Origin: Candidatus Eiseniibacteriota bacterium
GTDB taxonomy: Bacteria; Eisenbacteria; RBG-16-71-46; CAZAMP01
Direction of reading: 5' to 3'
Assembly: GCA_965224245.1 (NCBI GenBank)
Contig: OZ245046.1
Span: 4,768,001 to 4,832,000 of the forward strand
Length of the DNA stretch: 64,000 nucleotides
Shown: one piece after another, positions 18,530-28,045 of the stretch
Position numbering within the stretch: the first letter of the stretch is position 1
Layout of the letters: every line of letters begins with the position of its first letter
Position numbers and translations under genes: made by a program
Notes under the pieces: model-generated
What the model saw: only the letters and a program-made list of their open reading frames with translations
The model's database searches: none
Told to the model about the DNA's origin: nothing

Positions 18530-20278
18530 TTACGGACCCCATTGCACGTCCTCGCCGCACTCGATGGCGATCTGCACGGGCTCCCCCTCGATGCACACCT
18601 TTCGCCAGATGGCGTAGTTGAGCATGTTCCAGAAGGTCATCGCACCCGCGCCATCGTCGCACCGGAGCCGCCAGATCAGATCCGGATCGAACACCTCCGC
18701 GGCCAGCGGCACGAACGGCTCGAAGAGCCCTCCCGGTGACGTCCAGAGAGAAGACCTCAGGCCGAAGCCCAGCTTCGGTCGTTCGACGATGAACGCGGGC
18801 ACCCCGATTCCTCGGGCAACGCCGCGAAGGATGCTCTTCGAACGCCGTAGCTTGTCCGGCCAGGCAACCGGCGCCGCGCTGTCCAGAACGCCGGGATGAT
18901 TGAACGGGTAGTAGACGCGTCGTCTGCTGGACTCGGCGAGCTTCGACCACAGGGACTGCGACACGGCGACGTCGCCCACGAGATCCAGACCCGTGATCAG
19001 GTCGTAGATCGACCGTTGACGGTGCGCGCACACGAACTCGCGGCGGCCCGCGACGATGTCCTCGGGGGTCGCACCGAAGTGCGATCGAACCCAGGGCTCG
19101 CTCCCGAAGCGCCCCAGCGAGTAGATCGCGTGGCGCGGGTCGTCGACGGGCCACGACATCGCCTTCCGGAGCGCGATGTCTCCGAGGAGCACCTCGCCCC
19201 GACCGCTCCACGACGCGACGAGCCCGGGAAGGGGCGCGAGGAACGGCGTGGCGAACGCGGCCAGGAGCTGCCGCCGTCTGGCGACGCGGTACACGGTATC
19301 GTGAAAGCCGAGGCCGAAGACGCCGTCGGCCCCCTGTCCGGAGACGACGATCGACCTCCCCGGGGGCAGACCCACCTCGAAGAGCCGATGGAGCAGGATC
19401 GACTGGAGATGATGGAGTGGCTCCTCCGCCGCGGCGACCGCATTCACGAACGCCCGCTGAAACTCGGACACGCTCGGGGCGTAGAAGTGGTGCCGACTCC
19501 CGAACGCGTCCGACGCCGTGGTGGCATACGCCTTCTCTGCATCATCCTCGGATCCGGTGGCCGGATACGACGTCGAGTACGTATCCTCGACCCCCAGATG
19601 ATCGCGGGCCAGCCCATAGAGGATCGAGGAATCCAGCCCACCGCTGAGCAAGAACGCAGCCTGGTCGCGAGCCGGCTCCAGATCCCGGGTGGCCTCGATC
19701 AACGCCATCCGTACACCCCGCACGCCGTCGTGGAGCGATCGCTCGCCCGCGGAGCCGGGCGGCTCGAAGGTCGTTCGGGAGATGATCCCCGTCCGCCCGG
19801 GTCGAATCGATACGCGGATGGACTCGTTAAGCGACAGCTGATGAACATCGTGGTAGAGCGTCGCCGGCGGAAGGACATGCCGGTAGACGAAGAACTCGGG
19901 GAGCCGGGAGTCGTTCTCCCGGATCGGGACTCCGAGCTTCCGGAGTGCGGAAACGTGAGTCGAGCAGAAGAAGTCGCCGTCCGAGGTGATGTGGTAGTAG
20001 ACGGGTCGGCCGGAGAGCATGGGCTTGTGGACGGTGATCTCACCTCTCGGGCCGTCGAAGCGAACGTGTGCCAGACAGTCCGATCGCATCCGGGACGTGA
20101 GCGGCGTCAGGAGCGTCTCGGCTACCTCGAAGCCCCGCTCGGACGTCTCCGCCTCGGACAGGAAGCCGTCGCTCACGACGATGTAGTGGTACGGCTCGCA
20201 GGCTCCACGTCGAGACCGCCAGCGTGGGTCCTCGATCTCCGGCAACGGTCCGCGTCCTGACACGCCCACCAGAAACAT
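18530..20278 (-). CDS. Asparagine synthase-like amidotransferase with a degenerate glutaminase domain
   Basis: PP-loop 'LLSGGLDSS', 'VSGQGADGVF', 'RPKLGF'. No Cys at position 2 for either candidate start (20278 or 20302). Confidence 0.8.
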   Translation of the reverse strand: MFLVGVSGRGPLPEIEDPRWRSRRGACEPYHYIVVSDGFLSEAETSERGFEVAETLLTPLTSRMRSDCLAHVRFDGPRGEITVHKPMLSGRPVYYHITSDGDFFCSTHVSALRKLGVPIRENDSRLPEFFVYRHVLPPATLYHDVHQLSLNESIRVSIRPGRTGIISRTTFEPPGSAGERSLHDGVRGVRMALIEATRDLEPARDQAAFLLSGGLDSSILYGLARDHLGVEDTYSTSYPATGSEDDAEKAYATTASDAFGSRHHFYAPSVSEFQRAFVNAVAAAEEPLHHLQSILLHRLFEVGLPPGRSIVVSGQGADGVFGLGFHDTVYRVARRRQLLAAFATPFLAPLPGLVASWSGRGEVLLGDIALRKAMSWPVDDPRHAIYSLGRFGSEPWVRSHFGATPEDIVAGRREFVCAHRQRSIYDLITGLDLVGDVAVSQSLWSKLAESSRRRVYYPFNHPGVLDSAAPVAWPDKLRRSKSILRGVARGIGVPAFIVERPKLGFGLRSSLWTSPGGLFEPFVPLAAEVFDPDLIWRLRCDDGAGAMTFWNMLNYAIWRKVCIEGEPVQIAIECGEDVQWGP

Positions 20279-20338
20279 CAGGTGCCCCGCGCCGATGGGC
20301 ACCCGAGCGCACCCGCTCCGGCCGACGTCGGCACCACG

Positions 20339-21733
20339 TCACGCGCTCCCGCCGGGCTGCGACGACCACGTCACAGGGACCTCCGAACGGACGAAGCGGA
20401 ACTTGCCGCTCGGTGGAACCTCGATCTCCGGCACCAGGCTCAGCTCCACTCTCAGCTCGCCGCCCGCGACGTCACCCAGGCGTCTCTCCAGTGCATCGAC
20501 GGCGGCCGGAGTCAGCTCGGAGTCCGCCTCCACGAGCACCAGAACGCGACCGCGCTCGCGCTGGACGACCTGGAACCGCCGGATCTCCGGCTCGTGATAG
20601 AAGGCGTGGCTGAACGCCTCCCCGTGAACCGCGCGACCGCTGGCGGTCACGATGAAGTCCGAGCGCCGACCCGCGATCGATTCCAGTCTGGCCAGCCGAC
20701 GTCCACACGGACACTCCCCCGACGCCCAGCTGCCGATGTCCTCGGTGTCGTACCGGATGAACGGCATTGCGTGGTTCACGAGATCGGTGACGACCAGGCG
20801 GCCACGGACGCCTGCAGGACAGGGGTCGCCCTTCTCGTCGAGAACCTCCACCAGGCGCGTGATCTCGTTCACGTGCAGGCCGGAGTGGGCGGGGCACTCG
20901 GATGCCAGATTGTTGATCTCGCGAGAGCCGTAGAAGTCGCAGACCGGACTCCCGAACGCGGCCTCGATCACCGTCCGATCAGCCGAGGACAGGCTCTCCG
21001 CCGAGGAGATCACGACACACGGCCGGATCCTCGCTCCGGGAAGCGACGCGAGGTAGCGCGCGGCGAGCGCGAGCGCCGATGCGTAGCCCATGACCACTCG
21101 CGGCTGCCAGTGGGTCAACATCCGCAGGTAGTCGCGCAGCTCCGACTCCGTCATCCGGAAGGCGTTGCACACCCGCACCTGCTCGACCTCCCGGGACACG
21201 CGATCGCGAAGTGACCGCCGCTGGTGCTCCGGCTCGTCGCGGCCCCACAGACACGCCATCCGCTCGCCGACGTCGAGGCCCCACCACCTCAGGAAGAACC
21301 GGTTGCTCGCCGCCCCCCAGCTCCGGTAGCGATCGTCCTGATAGAAGGTCGTCGGCATTCCCGTGGATCCGCCGCTCGTGTTCCGTTTGACCGCGCCGAC
21401 GCCCGAGGCCCGCATCTCCGCGGCATTGGCTCTCAGATCCGCCTTCGTCAACACGGGCAGCGCGCGAAACGTGTGACGGTCCCACGCGTGGGAGCCTCTC
21501 TCGCCCCGTCGCAATCGATCCGCATAGAATGGACACGCCTTCTCCGCGTGCGCGAGAAGGGCCGTCAGGCGGGACCATTGATGCGCTTCGATCTCGTCGC
21601 GACTCGCGAACTCCAGCGCGCGGTGCTCTTGAAGGTACCCGTCCACGCCCGGGTACCACCGACGATGACGGATCGTCTGGGCCCCTCGCAGAGACTCGGA
21701 ATAGACGCGACGAATCCAGTCACGCACGCTCAC
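20339..21733 (-). CDS. Phenylacetate-CoA ligase-like (CapK-type) adenylating enzyme
   Basis: 'TSGGSTGMP', 'FYGSRE', 'MPFIRYDTED', 'GRRSD', 'SGKFRFV'. Confidence 0.88.
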   Translation of the reverse strand: MSVRDWIRRVYSESLRGAQTIRHRRWYPGVDGYLQEHRALEFASRDEIEAHQWSRLTALLAHAEKACPFYADRLRRGERGSHAWDRHTFRALPVLTKADLRANAAEMRASGVGAVKRNTSGGSTGMPTTFYQDDRYRSWGAASNRFFLRWWGLDVGERMACLWGRDEPEHQRRSLRDRVSREVEQVRVCNAFRMTESELRDYLRMLTHWQPRVVMGYASALALAARYLASLPGARIRPCVVISSAESLSSADRTVIEAAFGSPVCDFYGSREINNLASECPAHSGLHVNEITRLVEVLDEKGDPCPAGVRGRLVVTDLVNHAMPFIRYDTEDIGSWASGECPCGRRLARLESIAGRRSDFIVTASGRAVHGEAFSHAFYHEPEIRRFQVVQRERGRVLVLVEADSELTPAAVDALERRLGDVAGGELRVELSLVPEIEVPPSGKFRFVRSEVPVTWSSQPGGSA

Positions 21734-23180
21734 CGCTCCCGTCGGATGTGAGTCGCCCCGTGCTCGCCGCGCCGTCGTCGCGGGTCAGCTCGACGGAGAG
21801 CAGACGCCACATGGTGACCGCCATGCCGCCGTACAGGTACCACGTGCGACGCATGAGACTGTGCCCGAAGATGCCGGTCACGAGCAGCACGACCTGCCCT
21901 GCGAGGAGCCCCGTCAGAATCGCCCGCTCCGTGCTCCAGCCCTCGCGATGTCGGAGGAGGCGCACGCATCTCAGCTTCGTTCTCATCGAGTACCCCACGA
22001 ACAGAAGGAAGAATGCGGCACCGGGCACGCCGAGCTCGGCGGCGACCTGAACGTAGACACTGTGCGCCTGAAGCCAGGTGCCGGTCTGAGAGTAGTATGC
22101 CGGCGCAAACGCCGAGACGCCCACGCCGTTCAGGGGACGTTCCAGGACCATGCGCACGCCTGCCTTCCAGGCGTTGACGCGCCCCTCGGAGGACGCATCC
22201 AGCGTGGAGCTCGTCACCGTCCCGTATCGATGCTGGTATTGCTCGGGGAGTATCAGGAACGTGGAGATCAGCACGGTCAGGCCGAGCATGCCGGAGAGGA
22301 TCTTGCGCGGCGACATCAGCCAGAGCGCGACGAGTCCGCCGAATGCGCCGAGCACTGCGCCGCGGGACCCGGTCACCAGCATCGTGAAGAAGACGAGGAT
22401 CGTGCCGAGCGCGAAGGGCACCCGCCAGAGCCGCAGTGCTCGATCCATCGACAGAAGAGCGAACAGGGGCAGCGCGGCGGCCAGGGTCGTACCCAGGTGG
22501 TTCGGATCACCGCCTGCGCTGGTGACCCCGATGGCGCGATCCACGCCTTGCGCGAAGACGAGATCACCTGCGAGGTAGGCCCGGAAGGAGGTCGTCGCGA
22601 GATAGGTGACGAGAACGCAGAAAACCACGGCGAGGCCCCGGAGCTTCTTCCGCGAATCGGTCAGCTGGACGACGAGTATGTAGAACGTGAGGATCTTCCC
22701 CATCTCGATGAGACCCTCTTTGGACTGGAACCTCCAGTACGAGAACGGGACCGAGATCAGGCAGGCCAGCGCCAGCAGCAGCAGGAACACCGTGGGCCGG
22801 GATCGGTCGATCGTCAATCGCCTCTGGGACGTGAACTGGAGAAAGAACATGGCCAGCAGCGTCAACAGGCCGAGAGCTCGTTCCAGCCGGAGCGGCGCGA
22901 GAACCGGATAGAGCTCGGCCGGGCGCACGAAGAAGACGATCGTGTACACGACGAGCCCGACGTAGGGGTGCCGGAGAACGACCCCACAGACCGTTGCCGC
23001 GATCACCGCGCCCACGACCAGCAACGGAGGCAACGGGACGACCGCCAGGCCGGCGACGATGCTCACAACGATCGCCCCCGCGGCGAGCAGCAGGTTTCCG
23101 GTCCGCTTTACCGCCCGTGGACCCGGAGGCGGCGCGTGTCCGGCGCGCGGCGTCGGCATGCCGGCCGCCCTCGTGGTCAT
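21720..23180 (-). CDS. wzy: O-antigen ligase / Wzy polymerase family protein
   Basis: Many TM helices; 'GDPNHLG', 'TGSRGAVLG', 'WKAG..M...RPLNGVG', 'AHSVYVQVAAELGVPG'. Confidence 0.85.
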   Translation of the reverse strand: MTTRAAGMPTPRAGHAPPPGPRAVKRTGNLLLAAGAIVVSIVAGLAVVPLPPLLVVGAVIAATVCGVVLRHPYVGLVVYTIVFFVRPAELYPVLAPLRLERALGLLTLLAMFFLQFTSQRRLTIDRSRPTVFLLLLALACLISVPFSYWRFQSKEGLIEMGKILTFYILVVQLTDSRKKLRGLAVVFCVLVTYLATTSFRAYLAGDLVFAQGVDRAIGVTSAGGDPNHLGTTLAAALPLFALLSMDRALRLWRVPFALGTILVFFTMLVTGSRGAVLGAFGGLVALWLMSPRKILSGMLGLTVLISTFLILPEQYQHRYGTVTSSTLDASSEGRVNAWKAGVRMVLERPLNGVGVSAFAPAYYSQTGTWLQAHSVYVQVAAELGVPGAAFFLLFVGYSMRTKLRCVRLLRHREGWSTERAILTGLLAGQVVLLVTGIFGHSLMRRTWYLYGGMAVTMWRLLSVELTRDDGAASTGRLTSDGSGERA

Positions 23181-24829
23181 GATCGAGACCCTGCCCGACC
23201 CTGAACGCGGGCGGTGCTCGACCGACGCGCGAAGGTGAGGACGCCACCGACGGCCACGGCCATGCCCCAGAACACGACGGCGGTCGCCCCCGCGGCGAGA
23301 GCCAGGTCGCCCCAGTGCCCGATGGCGCTGGACGGGACGACGTGTGCGAGAAGCACCCAGGCCACGACCCCGCACACCCCCGGCAACATCCAGATGCTTC
23401 GCAGGAGTCGCCACAGCGACACGCCGTACTGGCGGCCGAACCACCAGGGCACCACGAGCACCCTGATGATCACCGCTGGGATCGCGGTGCCGAGCGCCAC
23501 CCCGGAGATCCCGAGCCGGTGAACGAGCAGAAGGCTCAGACCGAGGTTCGCGATCCCCTCGATGAGGGAGCACACCGCGAGGCTACCCATGCGATTGGTC
23601 CCCCGGTGCATGGCGACGAACGGATAGGCCGCGATGTGAGCGGCCGCGGCCACGGTGACGATGGTGAGCACCGGGGCCGAGTCCCGTGCGTACGCCTCCC
23701 CCATCCAGATTCGGAGAAACGGTGCGCCGAAGATCGTGGCGAACACCAGCACCGGCCCGGTGGCGAGCACCAGCGTTCGCGCCGAGTCCGCGATCAGTCG
23801 CGAGACCGCGTTACTCTCGCCGCGCGCATCCATCTCCCCCACGGCGGGTGTGAGAACGCTCGCGATCGTGTCCACCATCACCCGGAGCTGCTCGGGAAGA
23901 CGCGACCCGATCGAGAAGAACCCGACTGCCGTCACGCCGAGCGCCCCCCCGATGACGAAGGCATCCATCCCGAACATGAGTCGATTGGCCCAGACCACCA
24001 GCACGTTGAGACCACCGTACCGGAGGAGTCCACGGACTTCGAGCCACCGACCGGAACGAGGCGAGAAACGGAGCCACGGAAACAGGCGGAATGCGAACAG
24101 CGCCTTCAGGGAGATGTCGGCGAGCGCCATCGCGAGATGCACCCACGCCATTCCGACGATTCCGTAGCCGGCCTTCAAGACGGCCACGATCGCGGCCGCC
24201 CGCACCGCCGTGGAGACGAGCTCGATCTTCGAGAGGATGCCGAACTTCTGGCACGCCACGAGCGCGGCCGAGAACGCATGCAGGGGGAGAGTGGCCGCGA
24301 TCGAAAGGACCACCAGAACCAGCGCGACCTGTGCCGAGGTTCCGAACTCGGCCGGGATCGAGAACCAATCGCCGATGAACGGGAGCAGGAGCGCTCCCAG
24401 AAGAATGGTGAGCGTGGCTCCGGTGGCGAACGTCAGGAGTGCCGAGTTGACGTAGCGGTTGACGGCCTCGTGATCGTCCAGCGCGTGGAGCCGAGCAATG
24501 TAGTACACGATGGCCGGCCGCGCCCCGAGATCGGCCGATCCCAGGTGCCCGCCGATCGACATGAGGACGATCCAGACCCCGTATGCTCCGACCCCGAGCG
24601 TGTGTACGATGAACGGAGACAGGAAGAAGAGAATGGCGACGTTGATGGCGTACGTGGTGCCCTTCCAGGTCGCGTTCTTCGCCAGCACGCGACGCTCACG
24701 GCCGGCCGCCCGGACCCGCGCTTGCGCCCGTCGGAACAGGCGCCGGACGACCGACGCGCCGCGCGACGCCGGCTTCTCGGGGTCCGGGGATGACAGCGGC
24801 GCGGATGATCTTCGTCGTTGCACACTCAC
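23177..24829 (-). CDS. wzx: Oligosaccharide flippase (Wzx)
   Basis: 'SPFIVHTLGVGAYGVW', 'DLGARPAIVYYIA', about 12-14 TM segments, 'NLGLSLLLVHRLGISGVALGT'. Confidence 0.88.
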   Translation of the reverse strand: MSVQRRRSSAPLSSPDPEKPASRGASVVRRLFRRAQARVRAAGRERRVLAKNATWKGTTYAINVAILFFLSPFIVHTLGVGAYGVWIVLMSIGGHLGSADLGARPAIVYYIARLHALDDHEAVNRYVNSALLTFATGATLTILLGALLLPFIGDWFSIPAEFGTSAQVALVLVVLSIAATLPLHAFSAALVACQKFGILSKIELVSTAVRAAAIVAVLKAGYGIVGMAWVHLAMALADISLKALFAFRLFPWLRFSPRSGRWLEVRGLLRYGGLNVLVVWANRLMFGMDAFVIGGALGVTAVGFFSIGSRLPEQLRVMVDTIASVLTPAVGEMDARGESNAVSRLIADSARTLVLATGPVLVFATIFGAPFLRIWMGEAYARDSAPVLTIVTVAAAAHIAAYPFVAMHRGTNRMGSLAVCSLIEGIANLGLSLLLVHRLGISGVALGTAIPAVIIRVLVVPWWFGRQYGVSLWRLLRSIWMLPGVCGVVAWVLLAHVVPSSAIGHWGDLALAAGATAVVFWGMAVAVGGVLTFARRSSTARVQGRAGSRS

Positions 24830-24939
24830 GTCGTCCGCACCTGCCTGTCACCACCCGTGTGGGACGCCTCGCCTCCCGGCATTGCCCTGGCAGCCCGTGG
24901 ACACGAGCGCGAAGAGTCCACGTGCGCAAGACGGGGCCC

Positions 24940-26025
24940 TTAGCGGGCCAGGTCCGCTTGCTCGAGCTGGGGCGCCATCGTGGCACCTCTGAATCTCCTG
25001 AACTCCAACAGACCCCGACAGAAGCCGAGGGTCATTCCGATCTGGATCGCCGCGAAGGACAGGAGCACGCGGACGGCCTGCGTCCCCGGACTTGCAACGC
25101 GCACGCTCTCCGTGGTGGCCACGATCAGCCAGGACAGCAGGGCGCCGGCGATCCACGGCAGAGCGCGCGTGCCGCTGATGGCCAGAAGGACCGGCGGACC
25201 GAGCACGGCGCCGACCGACGCGATCACGAGAGGCCAGGGCACGACCCCCGGGTGACGTGTCATGAGGCGCGCACGTCCGCGCCCGTACCGAAACACCTGA
25301 CGGATCAATCCGTGGAGGTTGGATCTCGGGCGGTAGTTCAGCGTCAGGTCCGGATGGCGATAGGCACGCAGTCCCGACGCAGCCACCCGGTGATTGAACT
25401 CCACGTCCTCGCAGGCGTCGAACCGCTCGTCGTACCCGCCGAGCTCGACCAGACACGCCCGCGTGTAGGCCGCACCCGCGTGGCGGGCATCGGTCACACC
25501 CGGCTCCCCCCCGTAGATGTCGGAGCCCGGGTTGTGTCCGAACCAGGAGTGTCGGGCCTTTGCGATGGCGTCCCCCCAGGTCCCGTCCGCCAGCGCGAGC
25601 ATCGGCTGGGGACGGGACAGGCAGTCTGCGCCGGTGGAGGAGAAGATCTCCGCCATCCGGACGAGATAGTCGTCCCTCGGCAGCTCGCAGTGGCCATCGA
25701 TGAAGACGACGTACGTCCCACGAGCGTGCTTGACGCCGACGTTCCGTCCCGCGCTGCTCAGTCGATTCGGATTGTGAAGGAGGCGCAACCGGGCATCCGC
25801 CGCGGCCATCTCCGCCACGATCGATCGCGTGCCGTCGGTGGAGCCGCCGTCCGCGACGAGGACCTCGAAGCCTCCGTCGGGCGGGATCTGACGGAGGATC
25901 TCGCCGAGGAGCCGGGCGATGTCGCGAGCCTCGTTCAGAACCGGTACCACCACGGAGATGGCGGGGACGTCATCGTCTGGGTGCGATGAGCCCGTGTGAT
26001 CGTCTGGACGCCCGGTGCCCGTCAT
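24940..26025 (-). CDS. Glycosyltransferase family 2 (succinoglycan ExoA-like)
   Basis: 'ISVVVPVLNE', 'ADGGSTDGT', 'FIDGH', 'GGYDERFDACEDVEFNHRV', 'QVFRYGRGRA'. ATGA-coupled start. Confidence 0.9.
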   Translation of the reverse strand: MTGTGRPDDHTGSSHPDDDVPAISVVVPVLNEARDIARLLGEILRQIPPDGGFEVLVADGGSTDGTRSIVAEMAAADARLRLLHNPNRLSSAGRNVGVKHARGTYVVFIDGHCELPRDDYLVRMAEIFSSTGADCLSRPQPMLALADGTWGDAIAKARHSWFGHNPGSDIYGGEPGVTDARHAGAAYTRACLVELGGYDERFDACEDVEFNHRVAASGLRAYRHPDLTLNYRPRSNLHGLIRQVFRYGRGRARLMTRHPGVVPWPLVIASVGAVLGPPVLLAISGTRALPWIAGALLSWLIVATTESVRVASPGTQAVRVLLSFAAIQIGMTLGFCRGLLEFRRFRGATMAPQLEQADLAR

Positions 26026-27266
26026 CTCGAGGGTCTCCGATACCCGTCGCCCGGTTCGGGGACCACCACGCGGGGGGTCCGCTGCCACCCGACGCCGTGC
26101 CGTCCCGCCACGCCCTCGAGGGTCGCCACCGCCATCCATACAGCCAGGAACGGCAGACGCACCAGCATCTGCAGGCGTCGAGTCGTCACGCCGGCCATCC
26201 CGATGCCCACGGCGAGGTAGGCTCCGAACGACGCGGCGATCCACGCGCTCCAGTACAGTGGCGATCGTCCTCCCCCGAGCCACACCAGCAGGGTGGCCAG
26301 CACCAGCGCCACCGCCCACACCGAGAGAAGAAGCGGCTTCCGGTAGACGAGCAGGCTCCACGCCGCATCCAGGTGCCGAAGCGATCGCCGCGCCAGACCC
26401 TCGCGGATGAGCTCGGGTACCCAGGCCCTGGCGATCTCCTGGGCTCCGGTGGCCCACCGCGACCTTTGAATCCGCGCCTGCTCGAGGGATTCCGGATACG
26501 CGGACCTCACGGCGATCTCCGGTGCGAAGTGGATCGGAACTCCCTGCCGAAAGAGCTCCATGCCGTACTGCACGTCCTCGACGAGTCCGAACGCATCCCA
26601 TGGTATGCGGCGCAGGAGATCCGCGCGGAAGCACATCCCATTGCCGCGGAGAACGGTCGACACGCCACAGGCCGCTCGGGGCTCGTGAAAGAGATCCTCC
26701 TCCATGCAGTTGCCGACGTGGAGCAGATACGCCAGCGGGCTGGCGTCCGCGTTCCGGACTCGGTCGGCGGCCTGTATCGCGCTCTGCCCGGCATCGAGCC
26801 GTGCCGCGAAGCCGCGGAGCAGCTCGGGGTCGACCGCCGTGTCCGCGTCGATCACGACGATCGCGTCCTTCGGCTCCTCCAGGAGGACCGAGAAGGCATG
26901 GCTGAGCGCGTAGCCCTTTCCACGTCGGACGGGGTCGGTGCGCTCGAGGCACCGCACACCTCGGCGGCGCGCGACCTCGGCCGTCCCATCGGTGCAGTTG
27001 TCGGCGACGACGACCACGTCGACGAGACGCTCCGGATAGCGACAGGCGGCGACGGAGTCGAGCGTGGCCCCGAGACCTGCCTCCTCGTCGTGAGCGGGGA
27101 TGACGACCGCGATCCGCGGTAGATCGTCCGGCGGCGCGTGATCCGGGCGATGGCGCCCACGGAGACGCATCACCGCCCAGACCCACAGATAGGCGCTGGC
27201 CAGTGTCAGATACGCCAGACCCGCCGCCGCCGGTACCCAGACGAGCATGATGACGAGCTCCGTCAT
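26022..27266 (-). CDS. Glycosyltransferase family 2 (cellulose-synthase-like, QxxRW)
   Basis: 'VVIPAHDEE', 'ADNCTDGT', 'DAD', 'VED', 'QRSRW'. ATGA-coupled start. Confidence 0.9.
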   Translation of the reverse strand: MTELVIMLVWVPAAAGLAYLTLASAYLWVWAVMRLRGRHRPDHAPPDDLPRIAVVIPAHDEEAGLGATLDSVAACRYPERLVDVVVVADNCTDGTAEVARRRGVRCLERTDPVRRGKGYALSHAFSVLLEEPKDAIVVIDADTAVDPELLRGFAARLDAGQSAIQAADRVRNADASPLAYLLHVGNCMEEDLFHEPRAACGVSTVLRGNGMCFRADLLRRIPWDAFGLVEDVQYGMELFRQGVPIHFAPEIAVRSAYPESLEQARIQRSRWATGAQEIARAWVPELIREGLARRSLRHLDAAWSLLVYRKPLLLSVWAVALVLATLLVWLGGGRSPLYWSAWIAASFGAYLAVGIGMAGVTTRRLQMLVRLPFLAVWMAVATLEGVAGRHGVGWQRTPRVVVPEPGDGYRRPSR

Positions 27267-28045
27267 CGCGTGCCGCCCTCCGAGTCGGCACGTCCCGACC
27301 CGGCGCCCTCGCGTCCGGCGGGTCGTTCGGTGTCGGGGTATGAACGCGAGCCGTTGCGTCGTCCGGCACCGTTCTCCGAGAGATTGCCGTATGCCGAGTA
27401 GTAGTAGGAGTGATCCCTCATCTCGCGCATGTTGCCGACCATCAGCCCGAGAACTCGCGCGCCGAGCCCGAGGCACAGGTCACGGGCGTTCTCCAGCAGA
27501 GGCCGCGTCGTCTGTCCCGCCATCGCCACGAGGAGCACGCCATCGACGTGGGGAATGATGAGCGACGCGTCGGCGACCGGGACCAGCGCCGGCGCATCGA
27601 TCAGGACGAGGTCGAACGTGTCGCGAGATTCCGTGATCGTCCGGTACAGCTCCGGCGTGTTGAGGAGCAGCGACGCATCCTCGCCCTCCGGCGACGGCAG
27701 CAAGGTCGAGAGATTCTGCAGCGTGGTGGGCGTGACGGCTTTCTTCCAGTCGGAGCCACCCTCCAGCACGTCACCCAGGCCCTGTCGGGGCGTGATCCCG
27801 AGGTACTCCCCGAGCCTCGGCGAGCGAAGATCCAGGTCCATCGCCAGCACACGCCGATCGGTGTACTGGCCGAACGCCGTGGCCAGGTACGCGGCGGTCG
27901 TGCTCTTGCCCTCGCCTCGGGTCGCGCTCGTGATCAGGATCACCCGGACGTCGTCCTTCACGACGTGACGCCAGAGTCGTGCCTCCAGCTTGTGGATCTC
28001 GGTGGCGAGGGCCCAGTCGTTCTTCAGTGCTTCGAGTGTCTTCAT
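27263..28045 (-). CDS. CpsD/CapB-family bacterial tyrosine kinase (stand-alone cytoplasmic domain)
   Basis: Walker A 'TSATRGEGKST', 'DLDLRSP', Walker B 'LIDAPA', C-terminal Tyr cluster 'SYYYSAY'. Confidence 0.9.
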   Translation of the reverse strand: MKTLEALKNDWALATEIHKLEARLWRHVVKDDVRVILITSATRGEGKSTTAAYLATAFGQYTDRRVLAMDLDLRSPRLGEYLGITPRQGLGDVLEGGSDWKKAVTPTTLQNLSTLLPSPEGEDASLLLNTPELYRTITESRDTFDLVLIDAPALVPVADASLIIPHVDGVLLVAMAGQTTRPLLENARDLCLGLGARVLGLMVGNMREMRDHSYYYSAYGNLSENGAGRRNGSRSYPDTERPAGREGAGSGRADSEGGTR

